Under the pieces are notes generated by a model that was given only the letters and a program-made list of their open reading frames with translations, did not search any database and was not told the origin of the DNA. Positions 37,700 to 50,681 of a DNA stretch of 64,000 bases are shown here, one piece after another. Every line of letters begins with the position of its first letter. Positions within the stretch are counted from its first letter, which is position 1. This DNA is from Takakia lepidozioides (taxonomy: Eukaryota > Plantae > Bryophyta): positions 49,724,001-49,788,000 of the forward strand of contig CM060731.1 in the NCBI GenBank assembly GCA_030704615.1. Reading direction: 5' to 3'. The position numbers and the translations under genes were made by a program.

Positions 37700-38735
37700 C
37701 AGTTATGGAGGACAATTGGGAGCCTGACATTGGACCCATTGTCACCGGAGGAGAGAGACGACGTATACGGCGGTTCCTGAGGGCTTACAGGAATTGCTTT
37801 GCCTTCAGTTTGAAGGACTTGGGAGCACTGAAGGGTCAAGAGATCCGTATTGAGTTGGCCACTGACACGCCAATTTTTCGGAGACCCTATAGATACAGTG
37901 ACATGGAGAGGTCTTTGATTCAGATGAGGACTCAAGATCTCTGGGAGGCAGGTTTGGTGGAGCTCTCTGGTGGAGAGTATGCTTCAGCCACAGTGATGCC
38001 AGCCAAGAAGGATGTCTATGGCAATTGGACGGAGAGACGTATGTGCGGTGATTACCGGCCTGTAAATCGTCAGACCAAGTCCGATAAGTATGCCATGCCA
38101 ACACCAGAGGAGATCTTTGATGCCATCGGGCATGCTAAGGCCTTTAGCACTTTGGATTTACGATCCGGATATCACCAGTTGCCAATCAAGGAGGCGGACA
38201 AGCAGAAGACGACATTCTGGGGGATCAATGAGCACGCAAGGATTGCCTATATCAGTGGCGGTTCTTACCATTTGGGCTTAAGAATGCTCCTGCAGAGTTT
38301 CAGAGAGTCATGGATAGGATTCTAGCAGGGGTGGACTTTGCTCGGTGCTACATAGATGACATCATCATCTTTAGTGTTACGATGGAGGAGCATGAGAGAC
38401 ACCTTCAGGTGGTATTGGAGCGCTTGAGAGCGCACGGATTGAAGTTGCATCCGGGGAAGTGCAAGTTTTTCCACAACCAGATTGAGTATCTGGGTCACAT
38501 GATATATCCTGGAGGATTGGGGGTATAGCAGACTAAGGTAGAGGCCATTGCACAAATTCCACGCCCCACGGATGTGAGTCGAGTTCGAGCTTTCATGGGG
38601 TTGGCAAACTATTATAGACGGTTTGTCAAGGGATTTAGTACCATTGCAAAGGCTCTAACCAAGCTGACCAAGGTGGACCAGGAGTGGCAGTGGGAAGATG
38701 AGCATGAACAAGCTTTTCAAGAGCTCAAGGCGAGG
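37700..38735 (+). pseudogene. Ty3/gypsy reverse transcriptase of E2
   Basis: RMCGDYRPVN, FSTLDLRSGYHQL, PFGLKNAP (shifted frame), CYIDDIIIFS, YLGH, VRAFMGLANYYRRFVKGF. Confidence 0.93.
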
Positions 38736-39131
38736 TTGACCCTTCAGTGCTCCCAAGTCCTTCAAACTGAAGGCAAAGCAATTCCTGTAAGCCCTCAGGA
38801 ACCGCCGTATACGTCGTCTCTCTCCTCCGGTGACAATGGGTCCAATGTCAGGCTCCCAATTGTCCTCCGTAACTGCAACCTTAAGTCCAGTGGGCTTAGA
38901 GGACGCGTCCAGTGGTTGCTATGTTGCAACCTCTTGAGCAGTACTCCCTTCCTACTCAGTTAATGCCAAGGCCTCATCCTGCCCCATCATCTCATCCTTG
39001 AGGACCTCCTCAACCCGGGAAGAATCCCCAACCTCATCCATCACAGCCACCTTGGCTGCCAACTCCCTCTGAACCTCGAGCACCTCCCACGTGTGCCATG
39101 GATGCATGCACCCCGTGGTCCTCACATGCTC
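38736..39131 (-). repeat. Inverted copy of the DNMT-RT linker (about 37439-37839) replacing RH-IN-PPT in E2
   Basis: TTGACCCTTCAGTGC is the reverse complement of sequence ending at 37839; homology runs to CTCACATGCTC (39131). Confidence 0.88.
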
Positions 39132-39134
39132 TAT

Positions 39135-39310
39135 TGTGTGGACTAGTGACTGCCATAGTGGGCAGCATAGTGGCAGCCTAGTGACTGACTAGTTGTAGCC
39201 TAGTGGTTGGACTAGTGGTGGACTAGTGATATACTAGTGTGTGGCGTGTTCATGTGTTGTGTGGTTTTGTACAGCGATGTAGTTGTGTAGCGATACGTAT
39301 GCGCACGACA
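39135..39310 (+). repeat. 3' terminal block of E2
   Basis: TGTGTGGACTAG...GCGCACGACA, inverted homolog of 11559-11746. Confidence 0.88.
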
Positions 39311-39914
39311 CTAGCATCTCCCCCGCTTCACACTAGAAGCCCAAACTTGGTTGCCATAGCGTTGAGCTATGTAACGCCGCTCTTCAACATAGGCTATCCG
39401 CCTCTCTATCCATTGCAAACCTGCAACATGTTCGCCTTTGCACTCTATCCACTTTGGATAGGCTCATGCACGGATCCCTGCATTCTAGGCTGAACCGCTT
39501 CTCATGAAAACACAAGTGCTACAAAACAACTCGAACCTGGCACTCACAGACTCGAGCTGATCTTTCTCGAGTGATAAAGAAGAAGAATACAAGCACAAGC
39601 TCATGCGAGCTCACAAAGCTGAAGCATAAACTCATGCATATATAACCTCATCACTCAAATACAAGTCAAGCCAAGTGCACCCCACGCCATGGGGAACCCA
39701 CGCCATGGGGAATCCACACTATGGCGCCATAGCTAGGCGCGGTGAGGCTCAACTCGAGAAAGATGAGCCTCCCGCGCTTGCCGTGAAGATAACCACTCCA
39801 GGGCCTAAATCTACCTTGACCCCTGGATTGACACTTGGGCCAATCCCAAATGTCAATATGTAAAAGCTAGCTATTTCCTAGCTAGTTTCACACTAGTGGT
39901 AAAATAACTTGACA
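39311..39914 (-). mobile_element. Detached, inverted 5' terminus of E2
   Basis: About 39530-39914 matches 20810-21174 and ends CTTGACA followed by GATT, the same 4-mer that precedes 11559. Confidence 0.85.
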
Positions 39915-41532
39915 GATTCTATATTACACAAATACAAGCCGCATAATATTTATACAATAAAATAAGTAGAGTTATGGCTTTATTTTGTATAATGATACAT
40001 AGTATACTCTATATTCTATTTACTCACCGTTGAATGTAATAATCATGTATTAAAATCATATATATGTATATTGACGACAACCAAAGGTAGCGTCAAGAAG
40101 AGCCTCTTCCCCATATGGGTACTCTGTCCTTTTAGAGAGCTAGAGTTTGTCTGTCCAACTCTATCCATAAGTGCTAGAGAGCTAGAGTTTTGTGATATGG
40201 CCAGACAACACAAGAACTCCAGATGCATCAATCAAATGCAACTCCATCCAAACGGGACAAAGGTCGAGTTACTCAAATTTAAAAGATAGAGGAAAAAATT
40301 AACCTAAACAGGGCCATAAGGTAATATTAATTGAAGAAGAGTTTTTAAATTGAACTGTATGTCATTTGTAGCCATGTGATATAGGTAGACCCCGCCCATT
40401 CATTTACTTTTGGGTTTTAGTACTTCTATGTGCAAAGAAACATTATTTTTGGGATTTAGGTGGGTGGGCATTGCTTTGTGTAGTCTAGTGGAGGAGACAA
40501 TAACTCCATGAAGAAAAAGCACACAATATTTTGTTGTCATTTGCAGTATGTATACATATATTTTTTTTGTGATGTTGCTTGTTTGTATAAGTACTTCATC
40601 TTGGTTATATGATATACTTATTATAAATGACCTACATAATATTGGGGGGTACATGTGTCATGTACATTGTAGAAATGAAAATTAAATTGTTAAAACTTAT
40701 ACATATTTATAAATGATGCTATATAATCTTTTATATTTCGTTTGTCACATCCTTGTGATTTTTTATTGAGAACATTGCATTGCATGTCTAGCAATACAAA
40801 ACATTCTAAGTTTTATGAACACAATATTTCAAACATTTATAAGTATTTAAGTACAGAAATGCATTGACTATATATCTACATCATCTCTAAATCGTGTAGC
40901 CTATGTATAGGTCACTTAGAACACTCAGAACACCCAGTTGTATAGGTCACTTAGTTCATGCGATACACATAAATGATCTTATAATAATAGGAGGTGCATG
41001 TTAGCTTGAATATTGAATTATAAAATCTAATCTGCATATTAAAATGATATTTGTTATTCATTTTTTCAATTTGATCTCCCAAATCCATGTGATTTTTTAT
41101 TTAAAACAACTTATTGCACGACAATGAAAATTTTTGTACACATAAATGATCAATATAATAATAGGAGGTGCATGTAAGAATGAACACGGAATTGTGATAT
41201 TTTATATGCATTTAAAAAGGCTGTTATAGGACAGATTTTAATTCGATCTGTCACATATTTGTAGTTATTTTTAATACAAAATATTTCATTGCATATCTGT
41301 CAATACAAAAATTCCAAGTATTACGAACAAACTAGAAAACTATAGAGTATACGTGCACACATGTTATTAGATCCAATTGTTCTTTATCACAATTCCTATG
41401 CATCCATCCTATGCATAGGTTACTCATAATCTTCTTGAATTCATGGGATACACATAAATGATCTATATAATAATAGCAAGTGCGTGTACGAGTGAATATT
41501 AAATTATGAAATCGCATTATATATATATATAA

Positions 41533-42473
41533 AATCCGGTCTCACACATCCTTGTATTTTTAATTAAAAATAACTTATTGCAGGACAATGAAAATATTCT
41601 ACTTATGAGACTCTGTACAAATAAATGACCAATATAATAATAGAAACACATGTAAGAGTGAATACTGAATTGTGATATTTCATATGCATTTAATAAGGCT
41701 GTTATAGGATATATTTTAATTCAATCTCTACCCCTTTGTGATTTTTTAATTCACAATATGTTATTGCATATCTCATAATATAAAAATTCTAAGTAATACG
41801 AATAAACTAGAACACTATAGATTATACGTCCACATATTAGATCTAGTTGTTCTTTAAATATCATCAAATTATTACGGTATAGTCCAACATTCTTAAAGAC
41901 AAGGTCTCATCATATTTGAATTATGCAAATGACCCTAAAGCCTTTATATATATATATATATATATATCAGAAATTAGGTTGTGCCAATCTGAACTAAGTT
42001 GTGCCAACAACCTGGCGGCGCCTCCGTTAGTGGCGCCACCAACCTTGTTGGCGCCGCCTGCCTTAGTGGCGCCACCTACGTTTGTTGATGCCCATGTTGT
42101 CAACAAGTGGTGTGAGCAACTAAGTTGATTTGTCGAGGGTCGTGGTCATACGGAATTCCTTCGTGTACCAAATGCCCGACAAATCAAAGATGAAAGCAAC
42201 TGAGCATGAATTTGAAGGATCTAAGAAACTATTAGAGAATATTTGCTGAACAAGTGGGACGAAGACATGGGCATTTGGTATTCCAACGCATACCGTTTGC
42301 CCACAAAATCAACCCTGGACAAATCATCTATAACCACTAGTGGTTGATTTGTCGAGGGTCGTAGATGATTTGTGGAGGGTCGTAGATGATTTGTCGAGGG
42401 TCATAGATGATTTGTCGAGGGTCGTAGATGATAGTGAAATTGTCGAGCATTTGGTATTCCATAAGGACTCCCC
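41533..42473. repeat. Interspersed repeat copy A (AT-rich module, (TA)n, GGCGCC VNTR, 21-bp VNTR)
   Basis: Direct homolog of 55736-56824. Older degenerate copies of the AT-rich module extend left to about 40640. Confidence 0.88.
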
Positions 42474-43055
42474 ATGATGAAACCGTTCGCGCAACCCCAT
42501 GGGCCGCAGGCTACTTCCACATTGTCATTGGGTACCAGCCTCCAGGAGGCCTGCCATTGGAAACGCCACTATTTATTGAATTGAAGTACTTGGCAGCTGG
42601 TTTCCGACTTTCCAAACAACTTGTTTGAACGGAATGGAATGGACAACCTGTTCAAGTCCTCTCGTCCTCAAACATGACCAATGACCATGACTGATTCACT
42701 GTTGAGAGCCAGCATAAAAGTTATGGGTTTCAGCCATGATGGACATTGGAAGCGGGAATAGGTACACGAATACTCCATGCATGCAGGGGTGCATGGGGAT
42801 GATGTTACGTGGTACGACTCACTCGTGTCTCTCCCTGACGATGGCAGGCAGTCGTGGAGTGATTGAAGAGGCTGCACTTTTGATGGCACAGGGAGCAAGT
42901 TTTCTATTTATGTACCTGGGGCCTGTTCTGAATAGGCAGTCAAAAGGACGCTCAGACACCATCTTCTTAGGGACAGGAAGAAGCACAGAAACTCACAAAA
43001 GCAAAAGGATTACCCCAGTGGGCAGGCTTTGGCCATTGGACCAGCATCTTCTTAA

Positions 43056-43840
43056 CCCTTAAGTTCCCAAGCCCTTTTTTGACATTTTACCAATTTTGGG
43101 TACCCACCTGCAGTAAATTGCCCCTAGAACCTACCAAAAATCATCCACAGACTCATTATAGCAATGGGCCCAGCTCATTTATGCATGACATACCAAAAAA
43201 TGAGCCGTCCACCGCGGAAATTGTGAGATTATAGCGTTGGCCGGGACCTCAAATATCAGGTCCCAAGGAAAAAGTGAGAAAGAAATAGGTTTGACCAAAT
43301 CAAAACCTAGCTTTATCCAATTTTGCTTGCCCCAAGACCCACCATTCCCAAATCAATAGTGGAGTGCCTATGACCCCACTAAATTGCAGGTTCAACTGAT
43401 TTTTTCACCTATGGTTGCTATTCATGCAATTACATGGGGGTTAAAATCTCAAAATTGACAACAGAAAATGTGCCTCCAAATGAAGTACTTTTTTTTCTAC
43501 AAATTTTTTAAAAGCCAATGGTGGATGTGTGTATGTAATGCTCGCACACCACAAGGTGAAGTGCTTTTTCCAAAATTGCAATCTGTTTCGGGCTTGTTTA
43601 CCTGCCACATCAGCACTCAACAAGCCCTTTTCAGGCCCCAAAACGTAAATGAGAGAACTAAGATATTTTTTGTAGGTCGTAGCTTTTGTTTTTTTTTATT
43701 TTGTTTTTGCATCATACTGGAGAGAAATCCCTTGTCATTAAAGCTTCAGGAGTGGGCCCCATCAGATTAGATCTGCAAAAATTAGGTCGAACTGCAAATT
43801 CAAAATGACCCGAGATTCAGGTCGCTTGGGAACTTAAGGG
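43056..43840. mobile_element. Non-autonomous piggyBac-like element (MITE), 785 bp
   Basis: Perfect 17-bp TIR CCCTTAAGTTCCCAAGC / GCTTGGGAACTTAAGGG flanked by TTAA (43052-43055 and 43841-43844); no coding capacity. Confidence 0.85.
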
Positions 43841-44250
43841 TTAAGGTAGTTACCGGACCACTCACCAAATTCACCACAGGGACCCATAAAGCGTTTTTAG
43901 TTTTTAGATCAGCAAACCGTCATATTTGTCGCAAGGCCAGCACCTGCAATTCCAAATTTCAGAGAGCCCGATAAAGAGCACCAAGAGGCGCCTTTATTGA
44001 GGCATGCACACTTGGGCGGCTGCGCTGCTCCGTCGGCAGGCGGGCCCGCCTGCTGCCCTCTGTAGCCTGCCCTGCCTTGCGGCGCTCCACACTGTGAAGA
44101 CTGCAGAGCGACAGCACACGGGGGTTTCAAGTCCGACCCGCCAAAGTAGGTCTTGTGCTCTCTATTTCTACCCAGTGCCCATGTGGCGAGAATATGAAGT
44201 GACACGCTTAGAAAAGTGGCTACATTCCAGGTGTCGCCTTTTACCTGGTC

Positions 44251-44529
44251 CACGTGGGGAAAATTAGGCTTCTGATGCTCAAAACTGGCGTTTTTTGGCG
44301 AAAGTTTCGGTTTTGTTTTTGCCCACAATTCCTTTGAACAAGTAACTTAGCTGTCGGACATGACCGACACATGTATGTATGTGTGATCGCGCAGCTCAAC
44401 AGAGTTTTGGGAATATTTCGCATCGCAAGGAAAGGGGGATGGAGGGCACAGCAAACGCGAGTGGAGACAGTGTAGCCGCGTCATTAGCGACTTTGTGTTA
44501 AACTCTTTGCTCGTCTCGCTCTCTATAAT
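44251..44529 (+). promoter_or_regulatory. Candidate G-box/ABRE (CACGTG, 44251) and TATA-like box (TATAAT, 44524) of the SURNod19-like gene
   Basis: Motif matches about 340 and 65 bp upstream of the ATG; positional inference only. Confidence 0.4.
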
Positions 44530-44589
44530 ACGAGGGCTGGAGCTACACAAAGAGGGAGCAGAGCAGAGCTGCGGTTTGGGAAGAGCCGC

Positions 44590-46246
44590 ATGAGCAGTGA
44601 TTGGGCAGCGATGGCCTTTAAAGCCCTTGTCGTGGCGCTAGCGCTGCTCTGCTTGGGTGCTGCGACAAGCGCCGCACACAATGTTCAAAACAGTCGAGTA
44701 GATTGCCCGTCTGTGCGTGAAGCGAGCAAGAGTCTCACCGGCAGGTCTCCGCCCATCGTGTTCCGTCCTGGAGACGTGAAGAACAAGTATTTCTTAGTGG
44801 AGTCGCCCCCTGGTCGATTCGCCTCTCGGGACTTCACTGGGGAGCTTGTGTACGAGAATGGTGAGTCTGTGCCACTTTACGATGTGTATCTCCATCACTG
44901 GATTATGACCGAGTATGGCCGGGCTGAGGATGATGTTCTTACAGACAAGGAATTCGAACAGATGGTGGAGAGAGAGCCGGGTCCTAGCATGTATCAACCG
45001 GCCTCAACCGTTGGAAGCTCTGTCGATGGAAAGCTCGGCGGCAAGGCTCCAGTGCTGATTCAACACTGGGCGAAGGGTGCAGAGACCCGGCGTCTGATCT
45101 CGAGGTTTCCTGTTCCATACGGATTGGAAGGAGGTAACCCTCCGGCTGGTTATAAATCTGAGTGGGTTCTGAACGTGCATGGCATCGACACGAGGGGCGC
45201 TGTAGACAGAATGGGGTGCACTGAATGCAGGTTTGTACCGAGCCACAGCTCAACTTTGATACTTTTCCATAGTCCGAGTGGATTGTAAATGCGGGCTCTG
45301 ATTTCGGAGGCTTGAACTGCGTCTTGCATTCTGTCCGTGCACCCCTTCAGTTCAGATTAATCGTAGCTTCCCTTTGACTCCTTCGATCCCGACAAATATT
45401 TTCTTATGAAGCATCAATGCTCGGTATAGGACTCGCGTGTAATGCAACTGGTGGGAAGTGCAGATGTGATCTGTTCACCAAGAATGGGGAGAGCACTGCA
45501 CACAGTTCCTTGCCCGAGAATTACCTTGGGGGCTTCTACTGTTGTGTTGACGAATCTCGCTGCACTTTGAAGGAAGGTTTCGTTACAGAGAATTTGGAGA
45601 GAACCATATACTTGCAGGTAATCATCTGACCGTACTGGTACTTTGATCGTCCTGTACTCGCGTCCTTCTAAAGGTTAGGATGTGTAGATGTCTCTAACTC
45701 TAGTTGATAATTTGTTAACGCCTGTGCCACTGGTGAATGTTTGCTTTGCAGTATACCTGGGAATACGTATCCTGGGACGAGTGCGTAGTACCTTTGGTGC
45801 AGGGATCGATAGATGTGACCGACAAGGGAAGTGGAGGGACTATCGAATATGATGTACCTGAGGGTTGCAACAGTGAGAATGCATTATTAGAGGAATGTGT
45901 AGACACACAAGAAGCGGTGAAAGTGTTTCCTGCAGCCGACATCATCCATGTTGCGTCTCACCTCCATGCCTCAGCCCTGAATGCAACTCTCTACGGAGAA
46001 GATGGGCGGGTTATTTGCAACTCTCCTCCCATTTACGGCAGTGGCTCCACCGCCGGAAATGAGGAGGGATACGTCGTTGGGATTTTGACCTGTTACCCAA
46101 CTTTGGGGAGTTCGTCGGCCAAGATAGGTGACGGTGAGGTCCTGCGGCTTGAAGTAAAATATAGCAAGGTCGGGGGTCCGCATACAGGACTGATGGGCAT
46201 CATGTTCTTTTGGATAGCCCCTGTGGCTTCTGTGTCAGATATCTAA
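44590..46246 (+). CDS. Stress up-regulated Nod19 family secreted protein (exons 44590-45230, 45464-45617, 45752-46246; 429 aa)
   Basis: Signal peptide; VPLYDVYLHHW, GAETR, PYGLEGGNP, NVHGIDTRG..DRMGCTECR|CDL, GGFYCC, IEYDV, HLH, ICNSPPIYG..GNEEGYVVG, HTGLMG. GT-AG introns are in phase and the spliced ORF is open. Confidence 0.93.
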
Positions 46247-47789
46247 ACTACATCTCTCTCTCTCTCTCTAGGAAATTGCCTTCCTGAAATTGCCTTCCAT
46301 CTCTGTGTCCTCTTCCATCCAAAGTTGTGAAGTGGTGTTGTAATTGTGGTGTATTCTTGGTTGGTATTATTCCATAACTGTACAGGTAGATTGGAGATTT
46401 ATCTTTCAACTTCATCACAACAAGCTGGCTCTCAGATGGATTACTGGGATGTCAAGAACCTCTCAGTGTACATGTCCAGCATCCTGTTATGAATTTGATG
46501 TAGCACCCACGTAATTGAATCCAAGTTCAATTTAACTGTGACTGCAACACTTTGAGCTCATCTCCATTTGTCTGGTGCATCAATGTCTTATGCAGAAGAA
46601 ATGTTTGACAATAGTGTATTGAGATCTTAGCTTCCAGCCACTCGAGGAGATATATGCCTTAATGGGGCAAAACATTCAACCCACAGAAGATACTTCATAA
46701 CACATTTTCTTCACACCTTACATTGCACACATGCTGAGCATATCCTGTGAACAGTACATTCCATGAGATAGCACATAACCTGGGCTGTCACTACTGAGAT
46801 TTTTATCCTGTCATATAGCCTGATGATTGGTGGAAGTCTGAAGACGGCACCTAAGACAGTTGTTACTTCAGGTCAAAAGATATATCGAGCGATAGAGTCA
46901 ATGATGTACACATAAGAAGAAGAATCCCAGAAGAAGCAAGGAATGTTGCACCAAACATCAAGATGTGTGTGCAGCTTATTGTTGTAGTCACCTTTAATTA
47001 CTAATCGCAGTGCACAATCCTGCACAGATAGGATGGCAATTGCATTAAAAGAAAGGGGATGAATAACAAAAGAGAAGATGAGAGCCTCCAGAGACACTGC
47101 GAGTAGAATTCTTACCGACCCTTCCCTCTGAGCTCAGTTCCTTGACAAATGTACATGCCAAGCTTTGTAAGTTGCGCCCTAGCCTTCTTAAGACACCCGG
47201 ATGCTCCCATGGACATAAATCGCAGGTCAGCAACTGCAATCTGAGTGTATTGACTATATCTCAATGGAGAGTCCCATCGAACATCTTGATTGTTGGGGGT
47301 TTCCTCCAAGGCAGCAAAGCAAGAGAGAGGCATTTCACACACGTATCAATACGTGTATTGGCTTGTTGGGAATGCATTTTGAGGATTATGCTGGAAATGT
47401 TAACATCTCAAATCAGATTGAAAGGAATACAACACAAGTCTTCAAGTGCAAGGATTCTTTTCAAATGTGCTTCAGAAGTATACATTCTCACTTTCACCCA
47501 AACTGGGTGCATTGCTATGACCAAAAGGCTATAGAAACATCTTGTGAGTGTGTTATTAAGTAATCCAGAAAGACTCCTGCAAGAAATGGAAGGCCAGAAG
47601 CAATCTCGACAGCAGTATACCACTGGAGCAAGCCTTGGCACTGCCGGGGCACTGACGGTGGACCCTAGTCTGCTCGGCTGTTTGAGAGTTGATTTTAAAG
47701 CTAGCCAGATAGGCAAGTATCAATGCTTGCAAAGACCAAACAATCGAACCACATGAGGACAAACCATGCCATTCTCAGGTCCTTTATAT

Positions 47790-49910
47790 TATATGTGACA
47801 GTTGATCTTGATCCACTGGTGCCTACAAACCCAAGAGATGCTCAACTGCAGGTCATTTCTTTGACATAAAGAAGGATGTCTGAGATTTCCAGCTATGTTG
47901 ATGGCATCCTAGAGCCTTCCAGCCCTCCAGGTACATTGCCTGACCTGAATCCATATTCCCAACTTCAAATATTTCTGGGAGTCTCTTGAAAACTATTCTC
48001 GCTTCCATGAAGTGTCAGCACACGATCATTGGTCTTAGCATCCACCATCTGCCAAGGAATGTTCCCATCCAGTTCCTTGGTGGAAGCTATGTCATCACAA
48101 ATACTGGCAAAATTTATTTAGACCCTTTTGAGCTTGGTGGAATCTCTCTAGCTCCGCTCTCAGGGTGCCAAATGTCACTTAAAGGTTCTTAAATTGCCCA
48201 TCCAGCAGTCTAAGCTGCACACAAAAGAAAGGTTTCCCTCTAGTACCTCCCTAACCTATTGTTTCCCTGCTGTTGTGATGTCTTCGTTGAAAGGGAGAAA
48301 CATCAGCACATGCCGCAGATCATCAGTGTCTTTGTCTCCAGAAGGAGATTTAATATCTATGTATGTCTGGGCCTCTGTATAGCTCAGAGTGAACATGCTA
48401 CCAAATGCCAAGACTGGAGCAGAACCTGGCCCAGGACAGGTGACAATCTCTCTTCTTCTTCTTGCCATTTTCATCACCTTCTCCATTTTCCATTCATTCA
48501 ATGTGTCCTTCAAATCCTCCATCAAGGGTCTTTGATGGCTCCATCTATGTAAGCCACCAACATCCATTGATCTCCGTAATGACTCACCAGCAGATGCATT
48601 TGATGGGTGAGCTTGGCCGGTTGCGACAGGTCCCATGGGTCCTCCCTCACCAAGTCCATGATCACGTGAGCTATCAAGCTTCGTCAATGCAGCCAGGCAG
48701 AATCCTGCAACTTCCCCAGCTTCAAATTTTCCACTGAAATTTCAAACTGTCAATGTGCAGTCATCTCCAACTCCATAAACACGTCTCTGCTCCAATTGGG
48801 GTACCGGGTTGAGCAACTTCCCACAAGCTTCAAGAGAACCCCAAAAAAGAGGCTCTCTCTGCAAACTCTTTGCAAATAGGACCCCCCAAAATAACGAGGC
48901 TGATACATCCACCCCACACCAGAGCACAACCAAGTCTCGAAGATCAATAGTCCCAACCTTAGATGGAGAGATTCCCGATGAAGTCATAATACCTGCCATT
49001 GAAATGTACCTGCGACGGCAGCCAGGCTACTATGTTTCTTGCACATTCAGAGATCACCAAATAATCGGTATTTCTCTCTGTCTACTGTATCCCTTGGGCC
49101 ATATGGGCCTCCACAGGACATAAGGTTGTTCTATTTTCGCCCATTTTTCGACTTGTTTTCAATGGTTCATCCTTGTTCTGCTCGTACCCTTGGGCAATTT
49201 GAATTCTTCTTTCTCTTTCTTTCTGGGCTCCCTAAATTTCTTTCTCTGTTCCCATGCAGACGTTACATAGCATCTTTCTTTCTTTCTGTCCCTCCTCTCT
49301 CAGCTTTATTAGCACAGCAACTGTGCTAATTGCAGAGCTTGGAACATGAATGGAAAGTCATAGATGAGGGAAAACCAAAATGCACACCTGCAATCCATGA
49401 TGAGATCAGAAAAGTGGGTCCAAACCAAAGAGCGGAGCCAATGTGGCTTCAGCACGCGATTTTTGGCAACTCCGAAGACAGGCAGTGTGGTGTTCTAGCA
49501 CAGGCGGAATTATTAACGTCTGATTCAACAATTTTGCAAATAGCAGAGCAGTCCTGAGCTCCATCACTTGATTGCTAAATCCGCTGTGTGGCGCATACCA
49601 CATGTACATCTCTGGCAGATATCCACCTGTTGAATATCCAGTTCCTGTGGAATGCCTGGATAGAGGTCTTCCAGTACCTCTATTAGATACAATCACAACG
49701 GAATTTATCTCAATGGGCGCGAGCCCAAGCCATTTCTGTACCTCAGGGTTGCATTGCAAGCATGAAGGATGCTGCCTTTTGGGGCGGAGGAGGGGAGAGT
49801 CTTGACATGGAAGAGGCCAAACAGGAGTACCGCACAGGGTACAGAAGCACATACCCAGCTCTGGAACATTTTGCTGCTTTTGCTACCGCCACATGCCACT
49901 CATGCCATGA
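47790..49910 (-). pseudogene. O-fucosyltransferase (OFUT30-like) pseudogene, intron 49010-49387
   Basis: WYAPHSGFSNQ..LNQTLIIPPVLEHH, R|YISMA, WCGVD, VLAFGSMFT, FLPF, CVQLRLLDGQFKN, VFVMT, ASLGFVGTSGS, with several in-frame stops and frameshifts. Confidence 0.85.
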
Positions 49911-50681
49911 TCCTCTCCTTGGTCCTTCCTTGTGGCTGATAAACCCTACTTTTCTTCACACTGCTTGCATTGGCGTTTACTACACGCTGTTGTCCACAGA
50001 CTTGTATGACACATTCTACGATCAGCTGTGTCACTCTCTTGTACAGAAATAGAGATTGAGACATTGACTCAATTGCACGGGAATTCCAAGGGCCCACGTG
50101 ATAGAGGAAGAAGAGAGAGAGAGATGGAGTCTTTGCTTTTGATTCGTTTTCTCCAGTTGTCATCTACAGTCCTAAGAAGAAAAACGAAGGCACCACAAAC
50201 CGGCTCTGAAAGAGAACAGATCAGAGAGTACCATAACAAAGTCCCCCCCCTATGTAATGTTGGCCATTATGCATGGATATCAACCAACGTTCATTAGCAG
50301 CAATGGCCCCACCTCCATCGTGCTCACTTCACAAGAACTTCGCACTATAAACCCATCTGTACTAGAACACCCAAAACTTCACCCCTCGACCCTCGTTCTC
50401 AGCGAAACTTGCATTACAAAGATCACTGAGAGCAGAATATATTTCCACACCTGTTCAATGCCAACATGCCCGATTTTCCTGGAGGGTACAAGTCCTCAAT
50501 CATCGCCTCATCTTCTTGTTGGTAAGCGAGGGGATCCAGCACACCATATTACTGAAAACTTACCACCAAACTGGAAATCTGCCGGATGTTACTGTGGAGA
50601 CTGCCCTTTTCAACATGTATGCCAAAACAGATTTTGTCAAGTCCAGCATCAGAAGGCTTCACATCTTCGGTTACAGTATTG

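Larger units (their letters stand above)
21175..39310 (+). mobile_element. Ty3/gypsy-type element copy E2, main part (interrupted by a MULE; RH-IN replaced by an inverted segment)
   Basis: Inverted near-identical homolog of E1 from about 21545. Ends with the same 3' block (CACGACA, 39310). Confidence 0.88.

Noticed and set aside
11559-39914. DIRS-type element with inverted terminal repeats and a methyltransferase
   Set aside because: It encodes a DDE integrase and aspartic protease with no tyrosine recombinase; the inverted blocks are explained by two nested copies.
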